Below are positions 43,513-57,894 of a stretch of 64,000 bases of DNA, piece by piece. Numbering within the stretch: the first letter of the stretch is position 1; the number at the start of each line of letters is the position of its first letter. Made by a program: the position numbers and the translations under genes. Origin of the DNA: the human T2T-CHM13v2.0 reference genome, Homo sapiens; the NCBI RefSeq assembly GCF_009914755.1, contig NC_060929.1; one strand, 5' to 3'. The notes below the pieces were generated by a model. It was not told the origin of the DNA. It did not search any database and worked only from the letters and a program-made list of their open reading frames with translations.

Positions 43513-45119
43513 TAGGCCAGGACTGTGACAAGGGTGACATCATCTGTGGTATGAAATTTATTTTTAGCATCAGAATTTTGGGGGCATCTTGAGTTGAAGA
43601 GCAGTGGTTCCTTCATTGAATGACACTAATTTGGCTATTCTCTGGGTCTCTTCTTACAGTTTAAAAAGGGGCTGATGATGGGCTGGATGGGAACTGTTTC
43701 CCTGGTAATGTTGCCAACTCATCTCTTTGCTGGTGCCAGCTTTCTTGTCTGAGTTGTAGAGCTCATGCCTGATATGACAGTGGCAAAGGATCATGGAAAT
43801 CATGTGCAGGGTAACCAGGGAACCAGCGCAGTTGCCTTCAGTAATTAACTAAGACATCCATTCTGAGGTGGGTGGGACCTCAGTTCCAGCTCCTCTGCAT
43901 ATCCTCAGGGACAGGGTAAGGCTTGTGGTCTTAAACAGAAGAGCTCTCAGTCCGCTGGGTGAACATTGCTTTCCCTGCGTGTTTTTACTTGCAAGGGTAT
44001 TTTGTTCAAACAATTTTAATATTTATTTGTTAGGGGGTTTTATCTCTATTCATAGGTGATATTTACCCATGAATGAGTATTTTTCTTGGAAGAGTCTCTT
44101 TCCTTTCTTCCTTGTTTTTTTCCCTCTTTTCAACTGGGTTTACCTGTTAGCAATTGGACATATATGTCTTGTATGATACAGTGCCCTACTGTTGCTATTT
44201 TAATACCATGAGAACTTTGAAAGGCTAAAACCAAAGTACAGGACCCACTGAAGCCTACACTTTACAAATAAAAGGTAATTTTGTCAGCTAATTTGTAGTG
44301 GATTCCTTGACCTTAATCTTTCTTGGTCCCCTGGTCAAAATATAGTCACCCAATTTGCTTTTTTTCACATGTCCATATTTTAATTCTTTGCCAATCATTG
44401 TCTGATAATTGTCTTAATTATTTGTTTATTTTTGCTCCTCTGCCCCTACTAGAATGGAAGTCTTGCTGACCACTATCTCCAGGACCTGGCATATAGGAAG
44501 TTCCTAATATATATTTGTCAAATCAATGAATGAATGAATAGATACTTAAGTCATAGAATATACGTCAAGTCCACAGACCCAGAATCTAAAATAAATCGGA
44601 ATTTAAAATGTTGTACATCAGTTGGTTAAAACGCTAATAGAATAGAGATGTTACTTAGGGGATTCAATGGTCCGAAGGAGTCTGTGGCCAGGAGGAAGAA
44701 CCAAGAACAACCAACAGTCCTGTTCCTGGCCAAAAACCAGGAACAGGACCTTGGGCAAGTCACATGACCTCTTGGGCTCAGTTTTCCCATCCACTAAATA
44801 AGAGGATGGGATGTAATGATCATTAGTTCACTTAGCCATTTATTGAACAGGACTATATCACTACCCTAGATGAAAAAGCAGTGCCATATAACCATAAACA
44901 TATTCATTACATATAAAATATGCATTACTATTAAAATGTGAAAAAGCTCATAAGTGTATCACCCCAATCTTGCATACTGCCAGTAGAACATGTACTGCAT
45001 GTTGGGAGACACCGTGATAGAGCATGCTATGTGCTGTGACAGAGCAAGCTACAAAGCCTAACTGTAGAACCAGATAGACTAGAAGGGAGAAATCCTAGTG
45101 ATAGCAAACATTTCAGTAG

Positions 45120-45280
45120 CTCTGAGATCCCATCATGTTCTACCCTCACAACAACTCTTAGGGTAGGCATTATTATTATCCCCATTTAATAGACAGGGCT
45201 CAGTGTTACTTGCTCCAAATGACACTAGTGGCAAGAGGACTTAAACCCAGGTCTTCTGGCTGCAAGTCCCAGGCCCTGAA
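45120..45280 (-). mobile_element. MIR fragment
   Basis: CCTCACAACAACTCT...GTAGGCATTATTATTATCCCCATTT...AACCCAGGTCTTCTGGCT. Confidence 0.7.
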
Positions 45281-48200
45281 ATTTTACCCTGTAATATGCT
45301 AGCTGTGGTTTGGCAAATGTAGGAGAAACTACATCATGTACAAGGTATATCCCAGCACTTTAAGCCTCAGAGAGTTTTCTCAACATTTTCTCCTAGAGTA
45401 ATAGCTTCTGTGGCTTGTACAGAGCCTCCCTAAGCAGCACTGATTTCATGATCGTCAACAGAATCCAGGGAGGTAAGGGCAGTGTGCAGACCCCTTTCCA
45501 GCCTCTGGGGAGAGAAAGAAGTGGCCACTGGAACCTTGGTGGAGAGGAGTATTCCAGGATCCCGGTACACGATGGGCATCTGTTTGTAAAAATGCATGTA
45601 AATTTGGCCTCCAAAATATTCCGTGTAGTCTAGTTCTCACTGAACTGTGGCCCACTGATAACAGCAGTGTTCACTCCCTAGAGAGGTCGAGACAGCAGCT
45701 TCCCAGCACTCAGAGGTGTCTTCCTGATTCTCCCCCTGGCTCTGTGAGATAACTCCCTTTAGCCCTTTTTTTGTCTGCAGCCAGCAAGACCTGGTGATAA
45801 TGTGAGGCCCGAGGCCGAGCTAATCCTCCCTGTAGAAATCCAACAGTGAAGCGTCTTGTCTTTATGACTATTCGCCGAGGATGTGTAAAGGGAAATGCAA
45901 GCCCCAGGCAGCAGTAGCTGGCTGGGTTCCAGAGTCAAAACTGAATTAAAAACTCATTAAGTAGTACTTTGAGCCCGCAAGCTGACTGGCGCGCAGTGCT
46001 GGGAAAGCTGATGGTGGAGGAAGGGAAGGGCTGGCTTCTTCCCGTTGGCAAATGGCAGACTGTGGGCAGGACGGGGCAGTCCAGGAAACAAGATGAAACA
46101 CAGCCCACTTGTCTGTCATGCAGACATGTTTGTGAGTATAGCTTTTGGTACAGCCACATAATGTATGCTAATTGCTATATTCCTTCTTTTTTTTTTTTTT
46201 CCACGGGAAATGGCTCGGTGAGAAAGCTCTGAAACCAAAGAGGCAATGCAGAAATGCCAAAATGCAGACATTACAAAAGAGAGAGGAGGAACAAAGGGAA
46301 ACAGGGGATCCAAATTTACATCATGGTTTAGCGTTCTGCTAAATCAGCACCTCCCTGGTCCATGCAAGTCATATGGAAAATAATTGAGCAGAATTTCCTA
46401 TTTGGGTTGATTTTCACTGCATCTATCTCATAGGTTGCAATTTGTTAATTGGATTTTTTTTAAAACAAGAAGCAAAAATTTTACCCCCAAGGACTAGAAA
46501 GTTAGCAAGTTAAGTTGAAACTCCAAAGTAATTATCAGAGCTTCCAGAAAATATTAATAAGACAGTATGAGCTGGTTCTCTCTCTACTACTGTTCTGAAC
46601 AAGACACTTCTCAGTTGACCACAAGACTCAGATGCAAACTGGGGAAAGCACACAACTGAGCCCACTTAAAAGAATCATCCATCTGTAAGAAAACTCATTC
46701 AGAATATTTTGTATGTGCCAAGCTGTGTACCTCTAGTGTTCCGTTAGATATCCTTTTGCAACTGTCATTCTTTAAATCAAATAAAAACAGACCAAGATAT
46801 TAAAGGAATGCTTTGTCTAATGAAGCAAGAGTGCACAGACATTTTATATTGAAAGAGAATGGACCAGAAATGAGAAATATATTTTACTTTGTCATTGGAG
46901 TCAAAAGAAGTATTGATAAGTAGACTTTCTTTCCCCCAGTAACCCTTCATTTTTTTTAAATAAAAAAGTAACATTCTTTAGAGCAGTTTTGTAGTTACGA
47001 AACAGGAACTTTTATAATGAATTTGATTAGATGTGACGGAAGGAAATGCAAGTATTTTTCAGAACGATGTAGATAACACATTAAGGCATCATCTTCTGTC
47101 ATTTAAGAATTATGAGAATAAAGAGAACTGGAGTCGGGAATGTGGTTAGACTCTCCTCTGGAGGGATAGCTGACGCACGGAAAGCACTGCTCCTCCACTT
47201 GGCTCTTGCCCCTGTCCAGCTCCTGTCGCTTGGCCAAGGCCCTGAGCTGAGGAGGGCCTCAGGCTTGCTCACCTCCTGCCTTTCCAATCCTTAACTTTGA
47301 AGCCTTGCATTTTCCAGATATCTGAGTTTACACTGAGCAGTGGTGCCCTCGGCAACCTTAGGGTGCTCCATCTCACCTTCCAGCTTCTCCAGCAACAGCC
47401 TCTGCTCCAAAATAAATGAGGTGTTCAGTGTTGCTTTCTGGGCAGGAATCAGATGTTCTTTCTTTCAGTTAAACTCCAGAGCTCTGGCAGAGCTTGATTT
47501 GGTCCATTTTTCTCTAGGGCCGGCTTACCTGTTGGCATTTTTACAGAGACAAAATATGCTCCCAATTTATACTATTTTATTTACGAAAGAGCAAAGAGTA
47601 ATACATTCCAAGAACTTTGATTAGCATACATATGGATCATTGCATATATTCCAAGTGTATATAAATACATAAAAAATACCCAATGGAGAATAATGCAAGA
47701 CAGGAATGTAGAAAGTGATTTTATGCATGCTGCCTTTCTTAAGAGAACTTGTTACTTCTCATGGAAATTAAAATCTGGGGATTTGCTCAAGGGCAATTTT
47801 CCCCAAAATCCCCAGATTATTTCCCTCCCTCCTTGGACTCATTTTAAACTAAAATTTCAGTCTTTTAAAAAGAAGATAGAAGAGGACAGAATTTATTTGA
47901 CTACCTTGTTTGACTTGCTCTTTGTCATGGGTTTCAGACCTGTTTCTCAGGAGAGCTACGTCTGTTGGTTCAGAGTACATTTATCAATGCCTTGAAAATG
48001 CCCATTGGCCAGATTTGGTTGAATTGCCTCAGAAACAAATCTCTGTTTGTTAAGTAAACCATTAATTAAATATATGGCCCAGAACTTAATTCCTTTGGTT
48101 TACTACATCACATTTTCCTAAATAAGCAGATGTATTCTTTCAATTATAATATCCCAGAGGTCAACGGTACTCATCTTAAAACAAATAAAAAATACGTTGT

Positions 48201-48634
48201 TAAGGTAAGAAATCAACCTTCAGCAAAAAATATGGTTTGGGGGCATACTGTGGCACCCCATTAATAGTGACCTTGTGAAGACCTTGTCGTTGAATATAAA
48301 ATCAAAATGAAATCTAACGATGCCTCATTTTAATTCCTTAAGAGATCTTAAGGGGTGGCAGAATGACCACAGGCAAAATCCAATGCGCGTGTGAGAAAAC
48401 CAAACACACAAACAACTCCTGACACTTTGGGGCAGTTTTTGGCCCTAATCACTTGAAAAGAGCTAGGCAATGTCTTCTTTTTAATTATTTATGCATGGCA
48501 GTGGGTTTCTTGTAATGATGGCCCAGGTGTATATTTTTCAGATCCTGAAGGTAGATCACCTGATTTGCTTACTTCTAAAGACAAAGTAAGCAAATCACAC
48601 TTTGATTGTTTACTTTGCTTGTTAAATCCCTCTG

Positions 48635-48708
48635 AGTGGGATTTAACATAATAGTGTGGATTGAATCACACACACATTTCAACCCACACTATGATGTTAA
48701 AACCCATT
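48635..48708 (+). ncRNA. MIR4803: pre-miR-4803 hairpin (intronic, same strand as MAP1B); mature 5p sequence UAACAUAAUAGUGUGGAUUGA at 48644-48664
   Basis: 35-bp stem visible directly (48631-48665 pairs with 48678-48712; 3 mismatches, 1 G-U). The mature sequence and the location in MAP1B intron 2 match my recollection of hsa-miR-4803. Confidence 0.85.
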
Positions 48709-49845
48709 CAGAAGTGGAGTGAGTGTTTGTGTGTAACTATGGGTATCTATATTTTTAGTTGTCCTTTTTTGCAAAAGATTGTCATCACCTAAATCCCTAT
48801 AGGTGGAAGGCTCGGATCTAGGCTTTGTGAGATTTACATAGAAATTGCCACCTTCACAGGAAGTTCAATGAGAGGTACATGAAAGTATGTAAAAGCATTT
48901 TGTTAACTAGAGTCTTATAAGTTGGTTGGAGGCAATAGCTCATATAAATACTATGTACATCCTCTAATTGAGCTATATAGTATAGAGACTGTTAACTGCT
49001 ATACCAGAATTTGGGGATAAGAGACAACTCTGGGAATTGAAGTGGACAGAGAGATACTCCCTGAGGAAATAAAAATATGAGCTGAACATGTAAGAAATGG
49101 ATTAGATTTAAGTAGGTATGATGCCTTATTTTATGGCACAGTAAATTCTATCACCAAACAACACTCTTTATTTAAAACAACCTTCAAGCAAAGTATCCCA
49201 CTAGGGCAAAAAATGAATGCAGTGACCAACTGGCATGAATATCTGATTTACTAAAAATTTAGATTCCTGTTAGTGGAAATTAAATGAACACATCAGCATT
49301 GTAAATTACCAGTCTATTTCATGTAAGCTTTAGTAGTATGGCTCTTTAAGTTGAATGCTATTAGGTGAAATGGAAAACTCAATGGCTAATTTAAAAGCCA
49401 AGGGCCTGCATCCTATCCGTCAAAGTATGATTCTCCATAGGCCTGAGTCAGCAGCAAGCTGGGTTTCACATCTCTTTATCTGCTCTAAAAACAATGGTAT
49501 GAAGGGAAGCTTTTACAAGAAGGTCAGCTCTCTGTATGATGTTTCCAAGAGAGTACTCAATAGTTCGTGCAAGCATTTACCCTTTACTAAATGTTTTATT
49601 TAGCCTTTTAATAAATCTTTTACTGCTGAAATACAGGGTTTGGATTTGGTTGAAGGAGAAGTGGTGAAAGGTTTAGTTGGAGAAAGTTCTTTTATTAAAT
49701 TTCTCCTCCTTCTGCCCACCGAGAGGAGCTGGGACTATCCCATACACAGTGGCTCAGTATCCCCTGTGGCAGAGCCTCTGAAGAGGTGATCAGAACAGTT
49801 AACCTGCCAAGACCTTGTTGCGTGGTCCTCTTTGATGTTTAATAT

Positions 49846-50142
49846 AGCCAGACGCGGTTGTTCACGCCTGTAATCCCAGCACTCTGGGAGGCTGAGGTGG
49901 GTGGATCACCTGAGGTCAGGAGTTCGAGACCAGTGAAACCCTGTTTCTACTAAAAATACAAAAAATGATCCAGGTGTGGTAGCAGGTCACTGTAATCCCA
50001 GCTAGTCGGGAGGCTGAGGCAGGAAAGTAGCTTGAACCCAGGAGGGCAGAGGTTGCAGTAAGCCGAGATCGTGCCACTGCACTCCAGCCTGGGCAACAAG
50101 AGCAAAACTCCATCTCAAAAATAAAATAAAATAACATAAAAT
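49846..50142 (+). mobile_element. AluSq-like with an internal deletion
   Basis: CACCTGAGGTCAGG; GGGCAACAAGAGCAAAACTCC; TSD ATGTTTAATATA. Confidence 0.9.
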
Positions 50143-50473
50143 AATGTTTAATATATAGGGCTAGAATATCTATCCAAAGCTTTATGTTCATGTAGCTTAT
50201 CAAGCCTTCAAAAGTGACACCCTTCTCTTGCTGCTGCGTGTCAGGACAACATAGAGTAGGAAAGGGTAAAGTGAAAGGGGGAAAAGACTGAAGTCTTCCC
50301 TGCTCAGAATAAGGAAAAAGGGTAAAGAGGAAAACATGAGCAAATATGGTGGCTTTTCGGGGGACATTTTTGAGATAAACATAGCAAAGGATAGTGCCTG
50401 AAGATGCAGTCGAGGTCTTGAAAGACCATCTGTGGGCCAAGAGTTTAAAGAAAAGGCATTTAACAGTGTAAGA

Positions 50474-50839
<366 letters not shown>

Positions 50840-53015
50840 TTAAATGAGACATCATTTTGGTTTCCCAGACAGGGCCTGTAACTAAGGATAAAGAACAGGA
50901 AAGTAGAATCAGGACTGTGCCCCTGGTGTGCCGAGAATCACCCTTCAGGTCTGGAAGAGGGAAGAACCAAGGTCACTGGGAACCGGGTGTGCTGTTCTGG
51001 GCAGCTAGGCACCCAGCCATGACTGAACAACACAGGCACCGTGCAAAGAGGAAATGCGTAGGTGCTGATTCTGTCGTCACTTACGAATGATCCATCTCCA
51101 CCTCACCCTTTGAAATGATGCAGTGGAGTTTTGAAATGATGCAGTGGAGGAATAAACACAATTCATACAAACAACAAAAATCACAGGTCCCTTGGGTTGG
51201 GCTAAGGCTTTATGTCAAATCCTGTAATGATATGACCAGATTTATTCATCCTGGCTGGGGTGCAGGACCTGAGTGTCCACCTGTACATTACTTATTACAG
51301 ATGGTGGCAGCTGAGGCACCACTTCAGCCAGGACCAGAGCTCAGGTCTTGAACCTCATCCTTTTTGGTCAGGATCTTGACCTTAAGAAGTCCCTTCCTGG
51401 CCAATCACCAAGCTGGTTGCTGTGGCCCAGCCTGATGCTGCCACTACCAATGATATTGTCCCCCTCGCAGTTTTACTGGGGAAAAATCAACTCATACTAT
51501 TTCTCCCTGGCCTAGAGCTAACAACTTTCTGAGGGATGGAAATCAGTAGATTCTAGGTTTAATATGTGTTATGTCGGCCATTTGCATTTTTTCTTTTTTT
51601 TTGGTTTTCTTTTCAATAGCCAAATACCAAAAAAGACTAATTAGATTTTTGTTTTTAAAAGGCAGCTGGTTTTGAGACCGAATAATAGTTTGATGATTTG
51701 GTTTGATAATAACAGATGAGGGTGAAAGGTCAACCATTTCCCTGGATTTGATCAATGGCAGTAGTTTGATGGCAAATTAAATATCAGATAAACCTGTCAA
51801 GTGACTCCAAGAATCAATATTTACTGGGAAAAGTTGTTTGAGCCTTTAATGATTACATTTGCTCCCAAGGGAAATAATGCTAGAAATATGTTCAGGTATT
51901 AGGATAGGAATACATAAAAATCATGTGAGGATGATTTTAAAGGAGGTCACTTATTATGTTGTTATTGATCAATAAGGTATTCATCATCTGTGTTTCTGGC
52001 CAAGCCTAGCGCCAAGCATGAGAGCCACATTTCTGCCTCTTATTGGACAGAGCCATCTGGAGATCCTACAGGGACCTCAAACTCAGCATGCCTCCAAGCA
52101 AACTCTCTGTCATCTGTCTTCCTGCTTCCCTTTAGAATAGCTTATTAGTTGAAAGCTTGGACTTTGGATACTGAACACCTGGTCTCCATCCCAGTTCCGC
52201 TACTAACTAATGCAGACCGTTGGGCTGTTGCTCCACTGCCCTGTGCCGCCTTTGCCTCCTGTGTGCAATGGGGATAGTGGCTTCCTCATAGCATTAATGT
52301 GCACATTACATCAGATCACAGACATAAAGAGCTTAGGTCAGGTCTTGAATATACCTTAGCCATTTTTCTTATTCAGCCCTTTATGCAATATTGATTGCGC
52401 ATCTGCTGTGTATCAGACCCTCCTTATGACTTACGATTCCTGATTTAGAAACTGTAAAAACACTGTCTCCTGTTTAAACCGTATTTCTTCAGGATAGGGG
52501 TAGCATCTCATTCATGTTTTAATCTCAGTGCTCAGTTTATGAACGTAGCACTAATTTGCCTGAATTAACCTCCAGAAAACCATGTCTTCTATAAGTAATT
52601 CACATTGTTTTAACAAATAGGAAATACAAAAGCAGGAGAAGACCATGAAGATTTTTTTAAAAAGGTGTCTGAAACCTACTCTAGTCTCAAGAAAGTCAGG
52701 TCTAATTAACCATGTGAAAGTGGCTTTTTTGTGGTAAAAATAGCTGATATCGGTAATCTTTTGGTTTTACCTAATACTGCACAGGGCACCTGGCACACCA
52801 CAGGGTTTCATCACAACAAAAATAATTCCCAGATCCATATCTCAAATGCTGGGATTATTCTATAACATTCTGAGGATAATGTACCTCAGATCTTATTCTT
52901 AAAGATTAAGGATCTGGACCTCGTAAACACTTAAAACAATCTGAGAAGCAGTGAGGGACAGTGAAAAGAGAGTGGGGATCACGAGTCCTGTGGACTGGAT
53001 TTAAAACCTAGTTCC

Positions 53016-53325
53016 TGCTGGGCGTGGTGGCTCAAGCTGTAATCACAGTACTTTGGGAGGCCAAGGCAGGAGGATTGCTTCAGCCCAGTAGTTCGAGACC
53101 AGCCTGGGCAACATGGCAAAACCTCATCTCTACAAAAAGTACAAAAAAATTAGCCAGCCATGGCGGCCTGTGCCTGTGGTCCCAGCTATTCAGGAGGCTG
53201 AGGTGAAAGAATCACTTCAGCCCGGGAGGTTAAGGCTGCAGTGAGCCATGTTTGTACCACTGCACTCCAGCCTGGGTGACAGAGCGAGAAACCTCGTCTC
53301 AAAATAAATAAACAAATAAACAGAT
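53016..53325 (+). mobile_element. AluJ inserted in a MIR remnant
   Basis: Sense dimer; TSD AAAACCTAGTTC (53003) / AAATCCTAGTTC (53326). Confidence 0.9.
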
Positions 53326-54036
53326 AAATCCTAGTTCAGTAGCTTATTTTGTCTCTCTGATGCTGGACAAGACAGCTAACTCTTATTGAGGAACCTGTCC
53401 CAATAGCTTCTATTTGTCCATCTATAAAATAGCAAGAATGATAAACATTGACCTTTGTGATATGCAAATGAGGTAATATGAAAATAAAAAATTGTATAAA
53501 CCATAAAGTCCATCACAAATGAAGGGTAGTGTTACTATTTTAGTACCCACTCTCCAATAGAACTGACCACAATATGCATAGGAAATGCCTATGACAGGCC
53601 ACTCCTCGTCTTTGAGATTCAGTTTTCTCTTCTGTAAAACAAGAGGAAGAGAGAGGGGACGAAATTGTCGCCAGGACTCCTTCAGGTCCTCCCATTCTGT
53701 GAGGTGAGGAAATTCTGATTTCTTACACTGTATGAGTGACAAATCCTGCTAGGCTTGCGGGGGCCACATTTCCTTCTTGGCTGCTGGACCCCTTACATTT
53801 TACATGCAGAGGAGGAGACTCCTTTCTTGTGCGTTGAGGGGCATGTGTATTTTCCTTTGTCTGCAGCAGGTTTTGCTTAGAGAACAGGGCACTCACAGAT
53901 CCCACCTTGTCTCAGCCTGGAGGAAACCAAATCAGAGACTTGGAACCCTGTCATTAGAGCTTAAGTAAGTGGACACAGAAGAAAGTGCTTTGGAAATGGT
54001 GAAGCAAACACCAACACAAATAGGCATTGAACTCTG

Positions 54037-54247
54037 CTTCCTTTCTTCCTTCCTTCCTTCCTTCCCTCCCTCCCTCCTTCCTTCCCTCCTTCCCCCTTTC
54101 CCCCTTCCCCCTTCCCCTCTTTGGCCCTTCCTTCCTTCCCGCCTTCCCTCCTTCCCTCCCTCCTTCCTTCCTTCCCTCCCTCCCTTCCTTCCCTCCCTCC
54201 CTCCCTTCCCTCCCTCCCTCCTTCCTTCTATCTTTCCTCCTTTTCCT

Positions 54248-54253
<6 letters not shown>
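54037..54253. repeat. Imperfect (CCTT/CCCT)n polypyrimidine microsatellite, probably an expanded Alu tail
   Basis: 217 nt with only 4 purines, abutting the 3' end of an antisense Alu. Confidence 0.95.
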
Positions 54254-54452
<199 letters not shown>

Positions 54453-55360
54453 CTGTATTTAAAGAGACCTGGAGTTGGCTCACCTGACAGGTTACCCCAT
54501 CACCCTTCACTCCATGTGCCTTTTTTATTTTTATTTTTAATCTGTAGCTTCTGTACTTTGTTGAAGATGTAACCCTTAGGCTATTTTATCAACCACAGCT
54601 GGTGCCAGGATTGGGCTTTGCTGGTTCTACTTAGGTGCCCTCCAGGGAGCCCAAGTTTCAACACCATCTACGTTATTTATTTCTACTTCTTTCAGCCAGA
54701 GGATAAAACAGAGAAAAAGGGAGCAAACTTCTTCCTTCCACTGTCTTTCACCTTAACCCTTGATATCCTTGATTCTCATCCCTTTGCCTTGAGAATTTTT
54801 AATAGGGAGAAGAAAAAAAGGAAGAGGAAAACCTAAGAGAATGGGACTGGGTAGGAGAGAAACACCGAAGAGAGGATTTAGAAAGCAGGTCAAATGAGAA
54901 TCCTGCACATGGAAAACCAAACCAAAACCACTGACAACAAAAAGAAAACTAACAACCACAAGGTCCAGGAAGTATAGAGAAAATTAGGTATAGACTCAAA
55001 TTAGGTAATAACTAAATTCCCTGTAACACAAAAGATATCCAAGGTAAAAAAATGTTGTCTAACTCACAAGCAATGATCAATTTATTTAAACTAAAGAACA
55101 TTATTTGCGAAGTCTCCTGAACTTGAGTTTTTTTATTCTCTTAAGAAAACAAGTGTTCAAAATTTGGAGAGCCATAGATTCAGGAACATTTTCAGAGATG
55201 AAACAGATACATAAACAAAAATTTATTTCCCACAGAAAAGAAATGTCATTTCTAGGAATATTAGGGGAAGGTGGGAAAGAACTTGGCTGATGGTTCAGCA
55301 GAAACCAAGAAGGAATTGCCCTCAGGGCGTGTGTGGGAGGCCATAGTGCCCTGCTGGGTC

Positions 55361-55398
55361 CACACACACGTGTGTGCACGCACACACTCACACACACT
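55361..55398. repeat. Interrupted CA/TG repeat containing the perfect palindrome CACACACGTGTGTG (55363-55376)
   Basis: Read directly from the sequence. Confidence 0.9.
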
Positions 55399-57067
55399 TA
55401 GGCAATTCAGCAGGCGTTGGCTGACCAGCAGCCAACCCTGGCTGCACACTTACCTCTTACAAAGGAGAATCTTGGCATCACAGCTTGAAAATCTTTATTT
55501 TGGATGGGAGTGGATCAGGAAAAGGAGAAAGGAATAGTGTCACAGCACTGACCTTGGCCTTGAGTGGCCTCATGGAGCGTGACAAGGGTCCCCAGGCCTG
55601 TTCTTCCACACTGTCAAGTCAGTAAACCTCAGCTCTTTCGTCCATGAAGAGAAGATAATATTTGCCCCACTACTTCATAAAAATGCTGTGAGACAAAACA
55701 AAGAACTACCTGAAGGACAAAATGCTTTGGCAACTCTAAGGCACTCTACACATGCAAGATTTTATTGCTGTGTTCTGGTGATGGACTCTCTGGTGATCAA
55801 AGGATTAGATTTTGTCACTACCCATTTCTATGTATTAGCCTTGTATTCAGTCATTTTTGGACCCAGGAGGGATGGCACCTGGCACATAGAACGTGCTCCA
55901 ATGTGTGCATGACCTTAAAACCAGCACGCACATTGAATTATGCTTTTGCCACCTTTTTGTTCATGTTCCCTGTTGCCTCTGAGACACCCAGCCTAGAAAA
56001 AGTTCTTTTCCAAGCCTCAGGCTGAGATGTGCAAGAGCGGATGAATGCGAAAAGATGAATGAGTTGATTGGGGGAGTTAATTTGATGCAGAGGACCCCTG
56101 AGAAATCCAGCTACCTCCAGGGCTAGGAGTTTTACTTCCCTGGAGACAGATTCTGTGTAATTTCCTGGTAACAGGTGGCCTTCTGTTTTCTGTGCTGATG
56201 CTATTGGTCTTTGGGGATCCGTGGAATTAGAACCAAGTCTCCTACCACCTTTGTTTTCTAACAGCACCTCTGTGGCAGGGGTGAGGGTTTTGTGTCTCAC
56301 CCTGCTTTGGGATCATGTCCTCCCTCAGGGCTGAGGTAGGTTTTTGCTCCAGGGGAGCCGAGGAAGTCTTCTGTTAGGCTGGGTTGCCTCGATCCTTCTC
56401 CTGGACCCTCTCCGGAGCTCTAAGCTGGGGCACCTGGGATGGAGAGCCGCTCATTGTAGCTTCTCAGAGCATGGTTACTGGGTAAACTATGTTCACCTCT
56501 TTCTCTTCCTCTCTGTTTTTCGTGCTTAGAAATGATGTGGTGGGATGGAGGGGCACAGGGAGAACCACCTGGGGGCTGCTTGTGAGGCTTCCTTATTTGC
56601 TGGTACCTTTCCTCCCTCTGAAAAGGAAGTTTTGGGGATTCCTTCCGGCCAGGCCTCTGGGCCCCAGCGTTAGTTGCCAGGGATAGAGAAGACTTCTGTG
56701 AGGGGCTCTGGAAGAAAAGGTTCACTACAAAACTCTGCTGCTTCAGGCGTCTCCCCTCCTGCCTCACCAGCTCCCATTCTCTTCAAATCAACCACACATT
56801 TGCTTTACCTGCCATGTGGGTTTCTGCAGAAAGGAGGCCTGGAGCTGGAAATGATTTCACACCATAAGCTGCTATTACAAGCTTCTGGGAGACCTGTTGG
56901 TTAGTTATTAATTCTTAGTTCCTGTACCAAGCACCTTTCATTTCTTGCTCTTAGCCATTTAGCTAAATTTTACTCTCAAGAGTGTTTTTTGCACGAGGGG
57001 TTAGAGGTTAGAGGTTTCCGCTCAAAAAAATTTACTTTGGTAAAGAGGTTGAGTTGAATAACTCTGA

Positions 57068-57544
<477 letters not shown>

Positions 57545-57892
57545 TAAATCAACCCAGTCCTTTTTTATCTCACACATTTTTCTCTCTAACTCCAGAATCT
57601 TCACATTGTAAGTTACTCCAGTGTTGAATCTGGGCAGGGGGCTGGAAGTAGTTGGTAGGTGAAGAGAGGGCAGCAGTGGGAGCTGACAGAGCAGGGAGGC
57701 AGAGATGGGGACAGGACGGCTTTTCTCCTGGCTAAAGCCCCTGCCCATGCCCTGCCCCTCAGTCCTGGTTACCAATAGTTCAGGACCCTCCTCATCATCT
57801 CCCTTTCATACTGAGTAGAAATCAGAGGCTTGCTTTATTCTTCAACTACCATTTCTATTTCCTTCTTCCAAAACCAGGGTGAAGCCTCTGAG

Positions 57893-57894
<2 letters not shown>

